Source of the DNA: Hydrogenimonas sp. | Lineage (GTDB): Bacteria > Campylobacterota > Campylobacteria > Campylobacterales > Hydrogenimonadaceae | DNA: 63,818 nt | Direction of reading: 5' to 3' | Assembly: GCA_015484905.1 (NCBI GenBank) | Contig: WFUN01000072.1 | Span: 1-63,818 of the forward strand | Shown here: one piece after another, positions 47,044 to 58,540 of the stretch | How the letters are laid out: every line of letters begins with the position of its first letter | Numbering within the stretch: position 1 is the first letter of the stretch | The notes under the pieces: generated by a model | The model's input: the letters and a program-made list of their open reading frames with translations, nothing else | Database searches by the model: none | What the model was told of the DNA's origin: nothing | Translations under genes and position numbers: made by a program

Positions 47044-48232
47044 TCTTATCCCCTATATGGATAATATTGCCCTTAAGATCGTTACGGGCTTTGAGTGTGG
47101 CGACTTTTATACCGAAAAGTTTTGCGATTTTGTAGATCGAATCCCCTTTTTTGACCCTATAGTGTCTGATACTTCCTCTTGGAACCGGTATGATAAGCTC
47201 CTGTTTCGGAAAAATTGTGGCCCTTTTCATATTGTTGAAGCTTAGAATCATCTTGTAACTGATACCGTATCTGTGAGCGATCCTGCTCAGATTCTCTCCT
47301 CTCTTCACTTTGTGCACAAGAAACATATTTTTCTGTCTGCCCGGCCGGTAAGACTCTTTGAAGAGAGTCAATCTATCGTAGGGAATATTGATTTCAACAC
47401 TCTCCAGCGGCGGCGTGAACCCGTAGTTGAACTGTGGGTTCAACTTTATAAGATCTTCGCTTCTCATATCGATTTTCGAAGCAATATGTTCGAGTGTCTC
47501 TCCTCCGCTGACTTTCACGCGAACAAGACTGTTTCCTTCGCTTAGATTAAAAGAGTGGGTACTTATATCTGCAAAAAGCATGCTTGCATCGTTGGATACC
47601 AAAGCGAGTGAAAGTATTTTTCTAAGATAGTGCCTACTCTCTTTGGGCAGATATTTTCTCTTTTCATCCAGTAGCACATGCAGATTGTCGCTACCTGCTT
47701 TTTTTATGGCTCTCAGTACCCGGCCTTCACCGCAATTGTATGCCAATGCGGCCAGGTACCATTTTCCAAAAAGTTTATGAAGCCGTTTCAAATAGGCGAT
47801 GGCAGCCTCGGTAGAACGAATCGGATCACGTCGTTCGTCAATGTAACGATCGATTTTGAGTCCATACCTTTTTGCCGTTTCCGGCATGAATTGCCATAGT
47901 CCGGAAGCTTTGGCATGGGAGAGGGCGCGGGCATCGAAGTACGATTCAGCCATAGCCATATAGAGAAAAACCGGAGGAATTGAGCTGTCGTGGATCATCT
48001 TTCTTAATGTCGGAATATACAGATCACCGCGCTCCAGCATCCGCATATAGTGATCTCTCTTGACAGTGGAGAGATCATTTTTCAATTGCATAAATATAGG
48101 GTCGCCAAGAAACGATGGCTCTATATCCAGTGTCTGCAGGACCTTGATATCGTCACCGTACTGAGGCTCGACAAACAGTGAGGCATGCAGGAACGTTCCT
48201 GCCGTCATAAACAGAAACAACAGATATTTCAC
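47027..48232 (-). CDS. mltD: MltD-like lytic transglycosylase with LysM domains
   Basis: AMAES, GLWQFMP, DERRDP, LAYNCGEG, LysM repeats; GTG start at 48232. Confidence 0.88.
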   Translation of the reverse strand: MKYLLFLFMTAGTFLHASLFVEPQYGDDIKVLQTLDIEPSFLGDPIFMQLKNDLSTVKRDHYMRMLERGDLYIPTLRKMIHDSSIPPVFLYMAMAESYFDARALSHAKASGLWQFMPETAKRYGLKIDRYIDERRDPIRSTEAAIAYLKRLHKLFGKWYLAALAYNCGEGRVLRAIKKAGSDNLHVLLDEKRKYLPKESRHYLRKILSLALVSNDASMLFADISTHSFNLSEGNSLVRVKVSGGETLEHIASKIDMRSEDLIKLNPQFNYGFTPPLESVEINIPYDRLTLFKESYRPGRQKNMFLVHKVKRGENLSRIAHRYGISYKMILSFNNMKRATIFPKQELIIPVPRGSIRHYRVKKGDSIYKIAKLFGIKVATLKARNDLKGNIIHIGDKIVIPN

Positions 48233-48437
48233 ACTCTCTCCCAAAAATGAGTATTGTTGACGACTTGTCACATACAGAGTCTGGACCTATCCAAGCCATC
48301 TTGCTTCGATGCCTGAACTATTCGTTGCACAGCACGACAAATTTTCGCCCGATACGCCTTTGGCATATTCCCAATCCGACACTTTTTCATAAGAAAGAAA
48401 GCCGTTTGCCATACTAAAATCGTCATAAGTATACCAT

Positions 48438-49223
48438 TTACAAGGTAGCAAACTCTTTAAACAACCTTTTGGCGTTTTCTGTAGTCAAATCGGCAACATC
48501 ATCATAGGTCATAGAGAGAATATCGGCCAACTTTTCTACAATATAGACCGAAAAACCCGGCTCGTTGCGCTTTCCCCTGAAAGGGTGAGGTGTCAGATAG
48601 GGTGAGTCTGTCTCCACCACTAAGCGGTCTTTTGGGATTTTCAAAATGACATGAGGCAGCTTCCTGGCATTTTTAAATGTAACGACTCCTCCGATTCCGT
48701 AGTAAAAACCGTGTTCTGCAAGCTTTAAAAGCTGTTCATCCGCATTGTAACAATGAAGCACTCCTCCAACTTCAGAGCCTCCATGGTCCATTATGACCTG
48801 CATGGAGTCGCTGCCGGCATCTCTTATATGGATTATCAGAGGTTTTTTTACCTTTTTTGCCATCTCTATCTGCAAAGAAAAGATATGTTTTTGTCTGGCC
48901 ACAATCTCGTGTGCCTCCTTTTCATCCTCAGGGAGTCTGTAATAGTCAAGACCACATTCACCAATGGCGATACACCTGGGATCGTTTATGAACTCATACA
49001 AAAGCCTCTCGTCATACTTTTGCATGTCGTAGGGGTGCACTCCAGCTGCAAAGAAAACTTCTGGATATCTATACGAGATTTCACGGGCCTTACAGAGTGT
49101 CTCCGGATCTGCGCCCGGAATCAAAAAAGCCCCTACTCCACTTTTCCTGGCCCGTTCGACAACCTCATCGAGATCCTCTTCAAATCGCGGATCGTCGAGA
49201 TGGCAGTGTGTATCTATTATCAT
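48438..49223 (-). CDS. tatD: TatD family nuclease
   Basis: DTHCH, GVHP, IGECGLDY, HIRDA, ETDSPYL. Confidence 0.92.
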   Translation of the reverse strand: MIIDTHCHLDDPRFEEDLDEVVERARKSGVGAFLIPGADPETLCKAREISYRYPEVFFAAGVHPYDMQKYDERLLYEFINDPRCIAIGECGLDYYRLPEDEKEAHEIVARQKHIFSLQIEMAKKVKKPLIIHIRDAGSDSMQVIMDHGGSEVGGVLHCYNADEQLLKLAEHGFYYGIGGVVTFKNARKLPHVILKIPKDRLVVETDSPYLTPHPFRGKRNEPGFSVYIVEKLADILSMTYDDVADLTTENAKRLFKEFATL

Positions 49224-49310
49224 ACCTATGTACTCTCCGGATCTAATTTTGCGATGATTGTACCCAATGAAGAGTCATGCAAACTTCAAAGTCCGAACCA
49301 TAACCGCACT

Positions 49311-50849
49311 TCATGAGGAAAACTCCTTTAAAATTCTATCCGCCAGCAAAGAGGCTTCGGACATACCCTTTTCACCGGCTATCATCCGTGATATTTCATC
49401 GACTCTCTCATTTTTCCGCAATATTCTCGCAACACTGCCGCCACCCTTTCTGGTTACAAGAATATGTTGCGTAGCGGCAGCGCTCAGGTGCGGTTGATGC
49501 GATATGGCGATAATCTGGTAATTTTTCGAAAGGGCTTTTAGAAGTTTCGCAATAGCTATGGATTCGTCACCGCTGACATTGGCATCTATCTCATCTATAA
49601 GCAATACTCCCTCTCCTCCTGCAAGTTCACTTTTACAAAGCAGTATAGCAAGACCTATACGATTGAACTCTCCGCCGCTAAGCGTCTCTATCGTGGAGCC
49701 CTGCAGATCTATCTTTACCTGGTCAATTCCGGAAGCATCGAGAGGTTTTTGTAAAACTTCCACTCTTATCGGCGGCATACGCAAATCTTCAAGATATCCG
49801 TTTATGAAGCGCTCCACTTTTTTCGAAGCATCCTCTCTTCTGCTGCTGATGCTTTCCGCCTCTTGTTTCAAGGCAAGAAACATCTTCTCAACTTCGGTTT
49901 CGAGCTCTTCGAGTTCATGGTCGATATTTCTGTAATATTCAAGCTCCTTCATTTTTTCGTCTCTATAAACAAGCGTCTCTTCGATGGAACCGTACCTGCG
50001 TTTCAAAGAGGCCAGCGCCTCAATACGATCCAAAATACGTTCCACATCGGTATCTTCCAGCTCTTCAAGCATATCTTTGGCTTTTTCAAATTGACTACGA
50101 AGCATGTTCATAGCTTCATCGAAAAGAGCGGAGTCGGCATCTATAAGCCCCAAAGCATCATGCACGTCGTGTTCGATTTCGAAAATCCGCGATGCCGCGG
50201 CTATAGCTTCCGAAATCTTCTCTTTTTTCGAAAGTTTGCGTTTGATACTCATCAACTCTTCATCCTCTTTGGGCCGCGGATCTATCTCATCGATCTTGGA
50301 GATCTCGAACTCGGCGAATTCGATAAGCTCTCTGATGCGTTTTTCATCCAGACGCATTGTCTCAAGCCTATGACTCTTTAAGCGGTACTTTTTATACAGC
50401 TTTGCAAACCTCTCTTTGCGTATGCCAAATTCCGGATCGGAATAAAGAGCCATAGCATCGACCAGTTCAAGCAGAAGCTCGGATGAGAGTTCGCGGTTGT
50501 TACGCTGGGATATATGTCCCACAAGCGGTTTCATCATCTCTTTGAGACGCTTTTTGGAAATCGTAAGATCATTCAGAAAATATCTTGTCTTATCCTTTCT
50601 GACAGCCCGAAGAGTTATATCGGGCTCGTCACTTTCGTAACTCTCGAGTTTCAGCATAGAGCTTTTTCGAAGAAGAATCTCGGACCGTTCGGCCTTTACC
50701 TCGCCAAGACCGAAGAGTGAGAGCAAAGATCCCATAAAAACGGACTTTCCTGCTCCACTGGGTCCCGTGACAGCTATAAGACCTGGAGCGAACTCCAGAT
50801 CCAGATTCTCGAAACCGACCAGATTTTTTGCATAAAAGCGTTCTATCAT
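49311..50849 (-). CDS. recN: DNA repair protein RecN
   Basis: TGPSGAGKS, coiled coil, LSGGE, DEIDANVSG, ISHQP. Confidence 0.9.
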   Translation of the reverse strand: MIERFYAKNLVGFENLDLEFAPGLIAVTGPSGAGKSVFMGSLLSLFGLGEVKAERSEILLRKSSMLKLESYESDEPDITLRAVRKDKTRYFLNDLTISKKRLKEMMKPLVGHISQRNNRELSSELLLELVDAMALYSDPEFGIRKERFAKLYKKYRLKSHRLETMRLDEKRIRELIEFAEFEISKIDEIDPRPKEDEELMSIKRKLSKKEKISEAIAAASRIFEIEHDVHDALGLIDADSALFDEAMNMLRSQFEKAKDMLEELEDTDVERILDRIEALASLKRRYGSIEETLVYRDEKMKELEYYRNIDHELEELETEVEKMFLALKQEAESISSRREDASKKVERFINGYLEDLRMPPIRVEVLQKPLDASGIDQVKIDLQGSTIETLSGGEFNRIGLAILLCKSELAGGEGVLLIDEIDANVSGDESIAIAKLLKALSKNYQIIAISHQPHLSAAATQHILVTRKGGGSVARILRKNERVDEISRMIAGEKGMSEASLLADRILKEFSS

Positions 50850-51760
50850 CGCCCCTGTCCCCATGAAAGTTTTTCCCGAAGTACGTCGAAATAGTTCCGC
50901 TCTACACGGTGTATCAGTCTGGCACCTATTGGCGCCTTTCTTATAACGAGCATATCATCCGGTCCAAACTCGTACTGCTCCTGCCCATCGATAATGACGA
51001 GCGACTCTTTTTCAGGAGTTTTTATCTCTATTTCGAAATCTGCCGGAATCACAAGAGGTCGCTGGGTCAAAGAGTGCGGACATATCGGTGTCATTATAAA
51101 CGCATCGGTCAAAGGAAATGTGACCGGCCCGCCGGCTGCGAGATTGTAGGCGGTAGAGCCAGTAGGTGTAGATACGATAAGACCGTCTCCATAATATGTA
51201 TTGAACCATCTGTTGTCTATGTATGCGTCGACTTTGACCATTTTGGATATGGAAGGACGGCTTATTACAATATCATTGAAAGAGTGAAACAGCTTCTCCT
51301 CTTTTTTGTTTTTGCAGGACAGTACTCCTTCAATCATCATTCTCTCATCTATCCTGAATTCACCTGTAAAGAGTTTGTCGATAAAAGATTCGGTCTCTAT
51401 CGGATTTATATCGGCCAAAAAACCTAGTGTGCCGGCATTTATCCCAAGAATCGGCTTATGGTAGCTGTAACTGCGTCTTGCAAGTGAAATCAGTGTTCCG
51501 TCTCCACCGATACAGACCAGAATGTCGCTGGCTTCGCACATGGCTGAAAACTCCTGCCCCAGCACCCCAATCATTCCGGCGCTTATGGAATCTATCATTA
51601 CTTCCGAGCCATGTTTTTCAAAAGCCGCTTTTACCTGATAGAAAAGAGCTTTCAGCTCAGGTGTTGAGGGACGAAGAACAACACCTACACGTTTTATCTC
51701 CAGAGTGGTTCGCACTGTATGCCTTTGAATTTTTTGATAATTTGGTACGTGCTTTGTCAT
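50846..51760 (-). CDS. nadK: NAD kinase
   Basis: GGDGT, FNDIVI, GDGLIVSTPTGSTAY, PICPHSL; the ORF-track 5' extension overlapping aspS is spurious and the exact start is uncertain. Confidence 0.92.
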   Translation of the reverse strand: MTKHVPNYQKIQRHTVRTTLEIKRVGVVLRPSTPELKALFYQVKAAFEKHGSEVMIDSISAGMIGVLGQEFSAMCEASDILVCIGGDGTLISLARRSYSYHKPILGINAGTLGFLADINPIETESFIDKLFTGEFRIDERMMIEGVLSCKNKKEEKLFHSFNDIVISRPSISKMVKVDAYIDNRWFNTYYGDGLIVSTPTGSTAYNLAAGGPVTFPLTDAFIMTPICPHSLTQRPLVIPADFEIEIKTPEKESLVIIDGQEQYEFGPDDMLVIRKAPIGARLIHRVERNYFDVLREKLSWGQGR

Positions 51761-51907
51761 ACAAAGCGTCTCATGTCTGAAGATTCTAACAAAAAATAAG
51801 TTTGGTTTTGATATAATCGCGCCACTATTGCTGCATCCGATATCGGCCGGGCATAGATTAATCAACAAGAGAGGTGAGACAACCGCCTCTGATACGGGAG
51901 ATCCAAC

Positions 51908-53677
51908 TTGCGAACACACTACTGTACCGATCTTGATCAAAACAGCGTTGGCGAAGAGGTCACGCTCGCTGGCTGGGTAAACAGTTACAGAGACCATGGT
52001 GGCGTTATTTTCATAGACCTGCGTGACAAAAGCGGACTTATTCAACTGGTGTGCGATCCGGCTGACAGCACCGATGCACACAAAACAGCTTCAACCGTAA
52101 GAGACGAATTTGTCCTCATAGCCAAAGGAAAGGTGCGTCTGCGCAAAGAGGGGTTGGAGAATCCACGTTTAAAGACGGGGAAAATAGAGGTCGTAGTCGA
52201 TAGTCTGAGAGTGGAAAACAGAAGCGACCCGCTACCATTTACAATGGGTGACCCCAACGTCGGAGAAGATATCCGTCTCAAATATCGATATCTCGATCTG
52301 CGGCGCGAAGATATGTTCAAAACTTTCGAACTGCGTTCAAAAGCTGCAATAGCTGCACGAAATCTGCTTGACTCACTCGGCTTTTTGGAGGTTGAGACCC
52401 CGATCCTGACGAAATCCACACCTGAAGGAGCACGAGACTATCTCGTTCCGAGCAGAGTTCATAATGGCGAGTTCTATGCCCTTCCGCAATCTCCGCAACT
52501 TTTCAAACAGCTACTGATGATTGGAGGGTTTGACCGCTATTTTCAGATAGCCAAATGTTTCCGGGACGAAGATCTACGAGCCGATCGTCAACCGGAATTT
52601 ACCCAGATAGATGTCGAGATGAGCTTCTGTACACAAGAAGATGTAATGGGGGTGGCGGAGGATCTGCTAAAAGCGGTTTTTTCTGCATGCGGACACGAAA
52701 TAAAGACCCCTTTCAAACGCATAACCTATCGTGAATCGATGGAAAAGTACGGAAACGACCGCCCCGACCTGCGCTTCTCTCTTGAACTGAGTGATGTAAT
52801 CGATCTTTTTGAAAACTGCGAGTCTCCTATTTTTGCACAAATCGCACAATACAAAAAACTCAATCGCATCAAAGCGCTGAAAGTACCGGGAGGCGACACT
52901 CTGTTTTCACGCAAAACCATAAAAGAGCTCGAAAGTTTTGTATCAAGATTCGGAGCAAAAGGTCTCGCCTACATTCAGGTAAAAGAGGAGGGGCTGAAAG
53001 GCCCGATACTGAAATTCCTCCCCGAAGATGCGGTTGAAACCATGAAGTCCAGACTCGACTTGCAGGTTGGAGATATTGTATTTTTCGGTGCTGGAGAGCG
53101 TAAGATCGTATGGGACTACATGGGTCGACTGCGTACCGAAGTGGCCAGACGTCTCGATCTGATAGACGACAATCGTTTCGAGTTTGTATGGGTGATCGAT
53201 TTTCCCATGTTTGAGCTTGAAGAGGGAGAGCTTCATCTGAAGGCTCTGCACCATCCGTTCACCATGCCGAAAAATATAGACGAAGATGATCTCGAAGCGA
53301 TCGACTCTATGGCATACGACGTCGTTTTAAACGGCATAGAACTCGGTGGAGGGAGTATCCGTATTCATAAATTGGATATTCAGCAAAAAGTGTTTAAAAT
53401 GCTTGGCATCAGTGACGAAGAGGCCGAAGAGAAGTTCGGTTTTCTGCTTGATGCACTCAGATTCGGCGCACCTCCGCACGGAGGCTTCGCACTCGGTTTT
53501 GACAGGCTGATGATGCTTATAGACAAAAAAGAGAGTATCAGGGACGTTATAGCCTTTCCAAAAACGCAAAGCGCCACATGTCTGCTGACTCGGGCACCCG
53601 GTCCTGTGGAAGAAGAGCAACTAAAAGAGCTTGGAATACGTATCAGGAAGCAGCCTAAAACCGATGCGTCTAAGTGA
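51908..53677 (+). CDS. aspS: Aspartate-tRNA ligase
   Basis: [51 protein letters not shown]. Confidence 0.97.
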   Translation: MRTHYCTDLDQNSVGEEVTLAGWVNSYRDHGGVIFIDLRDKSGLIQLVCDPADSTDAHKTASTVRDEFVLIAKGKVRLRKEGLENPRLKTGKIEVVVDSLRVENRSDPLPFTMGDPNVGEDIRLKYRYLDLRREDMFKTFELRSKAAIAARNLLDSLGFLEVETPILTKSTPEGARDYLVPSRVHNGEFYALPQSPQLFKQLLMIGGFDRYFQIAKCFRDEDLRADRQPEFTQIDVEMSFCTQEDVMGVAEDLLKAVFSACGHEIKTPFKRITYRESMEKYGNDRPDLRFSLELSDVIDLFENCESPIFAQIAQYKKLNRIKALKVPGGDTLFSRKTIKELESFVSRFGAKGLAYIQVKEEGLKGPILKFLPEDAVETMKSRLDLQVGDIVFFGAGERKIVWDYMGRLRTEVARRLDLIDDNRFEFVWVIDFPMFELEEGELHLKALHHPFTMPKNIDEDDLEAIDSMAYDVVLNGIELGGGSIRIHKLDIQQKVFKMLGISDEEAEEKFGFLLDALRFGAPPHGGFALGFDRLMMLIDKKESIRDVIAFPKTQSATCLLTRAPGPVEEEQLKELGIRIRKQPKTDASK

Positions 53678-53906
53678 TGCCAGGCCCGGAGACATTGTCA
53701 GGATCAAGGGTTTCGAAAGAGACTGCGACCAGTTCAAGTGCAGACTCGATTCTTTGGGCATCAGAGTCGGAGATATCGTCGAAATAAAAAACAAAGCGTT
53801 TCTGGGACCCATCGAGATCAGAAACGAAGAGGTCGATATAGCATTGTGCCGCGGTCAGGCTGAAAAAATTATCGTAAAACCAATAAAACTCAGGAGAATT
53901 TCATGA
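53664..53906 (+). CDS. feoA: FeoA family protein
   Basis: [35 protein letters not shown]. Confidence 0.8.
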   Translation: MRLSDARPGDIVRIKGFERDCDQFKCRLDSLGIRVGDIVEIKNKAFLGPIEIRNEEVDIALCRGQAEKIIVKPIKLRRIS

Positions 53907-54475
53907 AAAAACTCTTTCTCGTTATCGGAGCGCCTGGAAGTGGCAAAACCACAGACGCGGAACTTATAGCTGCCAACAATCCGGATACTGTCGCACACTA
54001 CTCCACTGGTGATCTGCTTCGTGCCGAAGTGGCCAGCGCTTCCATGCTTGGTGCCGCAATCGAGAGGTATATAAGCAAAGGCAATCTCGTTCCTCTCGAT
54101 ATAGTACTCGATACGATCGTAAACGCTATCAAAAAGTGTGACAAGCCTGTCATTATCATAGATGGTTTCCCCCGCAGCGTAGAGCAGATGAAAGCTCTTG
54201 ACGAAATTCTTGAAAAAGAGCCCGATATCAAACTGGAGTCGGTAATCGAAGTCAGAGTCAGCAAAGATGTGGCACGGGAGCGTGTACTTGGAAGAGCGCG
54301 CGGCGCAGACGACAATGAAGAGGTATTTGAAAACCGTATGAAGGTATACCTCGAACCGATCAATGAAATAAGGGAGTTTTACAAACAGAAAGGTTTACTG
54401 CATGTCATAGACGGTGAACGAAGTATCGAAGAGATCGTGGAGGAGATGGAAAACTTCATAAAAAGCAGACTCTGA
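53903..54475 (+). CDS. adk: Adenylate kinase
   Basis: [32 protein letters not shown]. Confidence 0.95.
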   Translation: MKKLFLVIGAPGSGKTTDAELIAANNPDTVAHYSTGDLLRAEVASASMLGAAIERYISKGNLVPLDIVLDTIVNAIKKCDKPVIIIDGFPRSVEQMKALDEILEKEPDIKLESVIEVRVSKDVARERVLGRARGADDNEEVFENRMKVYLEPINEIREFYKQKGLLHVIDGERSIEEIVEEMENFIKSRL

Positions 54476-55245
54476 TGCACTTCTATCAGGTCATCATCGG
54501 ATCGGAGATACTGAACCGACGAAGAGAGGATAGACATTTCGAGTTTCTATCCCGCGAACTTCTGAAGCGTGGAGAGAGACTCTATGCCGTCTTTATTGCA
54601 GGAGATGAGAGATCTCTTTTAGAAAACATATTTACGCTTGTAAAAAACGACTCGCATAGTATAATGTTCTGCTTTGGAGGGATAGGCTCCACACCAGACG
54701 ATTTGACCAGAGAAGTTGCCGCGAAAATATTTACCGGCAAACCGCTTCATCTGCATGAAGAGGCCAAAAAACTGATAGTAAGACAATTTAAAGATGAAGC
54801 ATATCCATATCGTATTCGGATGGCGGATCTACCGGAAGGGGCCGATTTGCTTTACAACCCGATAAACGAAGTTCCGGGTTTCAGCCTCGAAAGGCGGTAC
54901 TTTTTCACTCCAGGCTTTCCGCAAATGGCGCATCCCATGGTACTGGATGTGCTCGACAGACTCTTTCTTGAAAAAAAACGGTTTTACCAAAAGACCTTCA
55001 CTGCGCTTGCAAGCGAAAACGATCTTATAGAGATGATGCAAAAAATCCCCAAAGATATAGAGCTCTCTTCGCTTCCCGCTTTTTGTGGCGATAGACGAAT
55101 TGCGGTAATCAGCCTCGTTTCAAAAAACCGAGAAAGTGTCGATAAATGGTACGAAGAGTTCAAATCGTTTATGCAAAATCGTAAGATTGAGTGGGTTGAG
55201 GGGGACAGGCACGATGACCCTGGCATATGCGACCATAAGAGTTGA
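54475..55245 (+). CDS. CinA-like molybdopterin-binding domain protein
   Basis: IIGSEIL, GGIGSTPDDLT, RMADLP, PGFP. Confidence 0.85.
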   Translation: MHFYQVIIGSEILNRRREDRHFEFLSRELLKRGERLYAVFIAGDERSLLENIFTLVKNDSHSIMFCFGGIGSTPDDLTREVAAKIFTGKPLHLHEEAKKLIVRQFKDEAYPYRIRMADLPEGADLLYNPINEVPGFSLERRYFFTPGFPQMAHPMVLDVLDRLFLEKKRFYQKTFTALASENDLIEMMQKIPKDIELSSLPAFCGDRRIAVISLVSKNRESVDKWYEEFKSFMQNRKIEWVEGDRHDDPGICDHKS

Positions 55246-55489
55246 TCTTCCAACCGCGGAATCAAAAAAGGGGAGACGGGCGATACTTAATTCTCTAAAA
55301 GAGCGCCTATCGAAAATGAACTGCTCCGTTTTGGATATATCCGGAGAGTACCCCAAAGAGGCTCTCATCGCCATTGCTTTTTTAAGCACGGATGAACAGA
55401 GAGCGAAACAGAAGATAGAGAAGATAGAGAAGATGTTCGAACTAAGATTTCCTGAAATCGAGATGGAGATCTCTTATGAGCTGGCCTGA
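55214..55489 (+). CDS. DUF503 family protein
   Basis: S.KGRRAILNSLKERL..MNCSV pattern; ATG at 55214. Confidence 0.7.
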   Translation: MTLAYATIRVDLPTAESKKGRRAILNSLKERLSKMNCSVLDISGEYPKEALIAIAFLSTDEQRAKQKIEKIEKMFELRFPEIEMEISYELA

Positions 55490-55495
55490 AAAAAT

Positions 55496-56326
55496 TTACA
55501 AGCAAAGATCCGTCTGTAAAAATCTCGCTACCGCGTCTTCGTCATTGCTCCATGGCAGCACGGTATCTGCAAGCACCTTCAGCTCATCAATGGCATTGGC
55601 AACTGCTATTTTAGTGCCTGCCGCTTCGAAAAGCCCGATATCGTTATGGCTGTCTCCGAACACGGTTGTGTGAGCACGATCCACCTTTTCCATGGCTTCG
55701 AGCTTTTGCAAAGCGTGCGCTTTGTCTCCATCGGCATGAAGAACTGTCATAAACCAGCAGTCCATATAAGAATCTTTCGAACGTTTTATTTCAATGCTCT
55801 CTTCAAACCTCTTTTTAAGCTCCTCTTCAAGAGCAGCGGTCACATCCTCTCTTTCCATATATACGATTTTTAAATTTTTCTTCATTGCGCGCAGCGGTCC
55901 GGCATCCAGAACTCTTCTGTCATTGTGATAGGTGCGTAGAAGTTCATTCTGATAACGGTTTCTCTTTTGGGGGTAGACAAATCTCTCCACATTATCCTCA
56001 TTCAGCCCAACGATCAGAGGATAAAAACCCGCTATTTTGAAACCAAACTCTATTATCTCGTCCCCTATTTCCCGATCGAGTGCGCTTATATCAATCAGTT
56101 CTCCATCTGGCGAAGCTATCATTACGCCATCCAACAGAATAAGAGGCTCACTCAGACAAAGTCCTTTTAACAGTTTTAAAACTCCTGTATAGCTGCGTGC
56201 AGTAGCGATAGAGAGTCTGGCACCTTTAAAGACGGCTTCATTCCATTTTCTGCGACTAAACTCACTGACTCTCAGATCTGTCCGCAAAAATGTTTTGTCC
56301 AAATCTGTCAAATAAAACTTTTCCAT
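55496..56326 (-). CDS. Cof-type HAD hydrolase
   Basis: DLDKTFL, ATARS, DKAHAL, FGDSHND, AVANA. Confidence 0.88.
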   Translation of the reverse strand: MEKFYLTDLDKTFLRTDLRVSEFSRRKWNEAVFKGARLSIATARSYTGVLKLLKGLCLSEPLILLDGVMIASPDGELIDISALDREIGDEIIEFGFKIAGFYPLIVGLNEDNVERFVYPQKRNRYQNELLRTYHNDRRVLDAGPLRAMKKNLKIVYMEREDVTAALEEELKKRFEESIEIKRSKDSYMDCWFMTVLHADGDKAHALQKLEAMEKVDRAHTTVFGDSHNDIGLFEAAGTKIAVANAIDELKVLADTVLPWSNDEDAVARFLQTDLCL

Positions 56327-56439
56327 ACTGCTGACTCTTCAAATCTGAAATCAACGGAATTGTAACATACTCCTGACTTGATTTGATTTTCAATCACATT
56401 GCGCTAAAATTCTGCATCAACTTCACAGGAGATTGGCTT

Positions 56440-56958
56440 ATGGATATATCTAAAATAGGAAGCGGAGAGTGTCCGGAAAAGGTTCACGCACTTATAGAAA
56501 TCCCATACGGATCAAATATCAAATACGAACTGGACAAAGAGAGCGGCGCACTTTTTGTCGACAGAGTCCTCTATTCGGCAATGTTCTATCCGGCAAACTA
56601 CGGATTTGTGCCAAATACTCTCGCCGATGACGGAGACCCGATCGATATTCTTGTCCTGAACGAATATCCGGTGCAGGCGGGAAGTGTAATAAAATGTCGA
56701 CTGATCGGGGTATTGATTATGGAAGATGAGGCCGGAATGGATGAAAAGCTGCTCGCGGTACCGGTTACAAAACTCGATCCTTACTACGAAAGCGTAAAAA
56801 GCTACGAGGATCTTCCAAAAGCTATGCTCGACAAAATCAGAAACTTCTTTGAAACGTATAAAATTCTCGAACCGAACAAATGGGTCAAAGTAAAAGATTT
56901 TCAAGGCAAAGATGAGGCTGAAAAGCTTCTTGAAGCGGCAATAAAAAATTATGGATAG
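56440..56958 (+). CDS. ppa: Inorganic pyrophosphatase
   Basis: IEIP, KYELDK, YPANYG, DGDPID, DEKL, FFETYK. Confidence 0.96.
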   Translation: MDISKIGSGECPEKVHALIEIPYGSNIKYELDKESGALFVDRVLYSAMFYPANYGFVPNTLADDGDPIDILVLNEYPVQAGSVIKCRLIGVLIMEDEAGMDEKLLAVPVTKLDPYYESVKSYEDLPKAMLDKIRNFFETYKILEPNKWVKVKDFQGKDEAEKLLEAAIKNYG

Positions 56959-57062
56959 ATATCTGCTCTCTGCTGTATGGCACCCCTTTAAAGCTTGAAA
57001 CTTGCCAAGTGGCAGAATCGGTTTGTCTTTACAGAAACGGGCTTTTTCAACCGGTACTCTTT

Positions 57063-58538
57063 TTACAGGTTGTTATGACGTATATAACTCTCCAGGCCGT
57101 TGGCGATCCCTTCAGCGAGAAGTTTCTGATAATTGGGATTAAAAAGCCTCTTTCCTTCGACTGGATGGGTTATATACCCTATCTCTATCAAAACTGCGGG
57201 CATCTGGGCACCTACAAGTACCCAAAAAGGCCCTTCTCTGACACCGTTGTCGACTACTCCTTTATACTTTCTCTTCAGTGAAGAGAGAATCTGTTTTTGA
57301 AGGTCGATAGCCAATTTGTTCGATTCAATAATCTTTTCGCGATTTATAACATTGAGATAGGTATCTTTGGTATACTTGTCAAGATCTCCGATATCCGCCC
57401 TGTTCTCAAGAGCGGCTACGCGTTTGGCTCTGCCGCTTCTTGCAGGAGAGAGAAAAAACGTTTCAAGACCTTTGTTTTTGAACCTCTTCCCCCTTTTAGG
57501 GGCCGCATTCGCATGGATCGAGAGAAAAAAATCGGCCTGCTTTCTGTTGGCAAAATGGGTTCTTTTTTTCAAAGGTATGAATCTGTCGCTGCTTCTGGTC
57601 AGATAGACTCGAAACCGTCTCTTTTCGAGTACTTTTTTCAATCGTTTCGCTACCGATAGCGTAACATCTTTCTCTTTTCTTTTTTTATATCCTACCGCCC
57701 CTGCATCTTTGCCGCCATGCCCCGGGTCTATAACGACCGTGAATCTCCCTTTTCTGTTTTTTTTGGATCCTGAAACAGGAAGCGATTTAACCAAAGAGAC
57801 CTTTTTGCTGTAGGAACTTTTTTTAACTCTCTTGCCGGCTGCGGGAAGAGTGATGCTCAAGCTCTTTCCATCTGTTTGCACAATGGGCCTGTAGGGCCTG
57901 TGTGTCTCTATGACGACCCTGACCTTTTTCGGATTGAACTGGGCTATTCTGATCTCTTTGAAATCTCCCCCTTTGATGCGTTTTATAGAAAAGCGGGAGC
58001 GCACATTTTTAAAATCGAATACGTAAAGTATTTTTCCACGACGTTCCAGGATAAAATGTTTTACCGATTTTCTGCTTATTTGTCGTGAAAAAAGGAGATG
58101 GATTCTGCCATTTTTCACTTTAGCGTCAAGCAGTCTGTTTTTTCTATAACCGTACGAAGCTATGGCAGGCTTTTGTATGGATGCGGTGGTATTTTCAGTA
58201 TGCTTCTTTTTCTTGCCTGCATATTTATCGCTTCCATATTTTTCGCCGGCGGTATCGGGCTGTATAGTCCTTAGAGCATTTTTGTAACGAGAAGGATCGA
58301 GACCTAAAACTCCCGATGCACGTATAAGACCCTTCAGGGCTTTGATCTGCAGTGTTACATTCTGATCCAGAAGAGCTTTCATATATAAAGACTGATAGTC
58401 GTGATATCCTCTCCATACAACCGATTTTGAGTTTGAAGAGATAGCTTTTGAAGCACTCCTAAGACGCATGGATGTATCGGATGCCACAAGAGTACCGGCA
58501 AAAACGAGTAGAAAAACAAAAAGAGTGATACGGCTTAT
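57063..58538 (-). CDS. amiA: N-acetylmuramoyl-L-alanine amidase (AMIN + Amidase_3)
   Basis: IDPGHGGKDAGA, SIHANAA, FWVL, VLIEIGY; signal peptide lies upstream of the ORF-track start 58487 (probable ATA start at 58538). Confidence 0.9.
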   Translation of the reverse strand: MSRITLFVFLLVFAGTLVASDTSMRLRSASKAISSNSKSVVWRGYHDYQSLYMKALLDQNVTLQIKALKGLIRASGVLGLDPSRYKNALRTIQPDTAGEKYGSDKYAGKKKKHTENTTASIQKPAIASYGYRKNRLLDAKVKNGRIHLLFSRQISRKSVKHFILERRGKILYVFDFKNVRSRFSIKRIKGGDFKEIRIAQFNPKKVRVVIETHRPYRPIVQTDGKSLSITLPAAGKRVKKSSYSKKVSLVKSLPVSGSKKNRKGRFTVVIDPGHGGKDAGAVGYKKRKEKDVTLSVAKRLKKVLEKRRFRVYLTRSSDRFIPLKKRTHFANRKQADFFLSIHANAAPKRGKRFKNKGLETFFLSPARSGRAKRVAALENRADIGDLDKYTKDTYLNVINREKIIESNKLAIDLQKQILSSLKRKYKGVVDNGVREGPFWVLVGAQMPAVLIEIGYITHPVEGKRLFNPNYQKLLAEGIANGLESYIRHNNL

Positions 58539-58540
58539 GA

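Noticed and set aside
51761-52081. Long N-terminal extension of nadK in the ORF track
   Set aside because: It overlaps the divergent aspS gene and the promoter region; kinase homology starts downstream.
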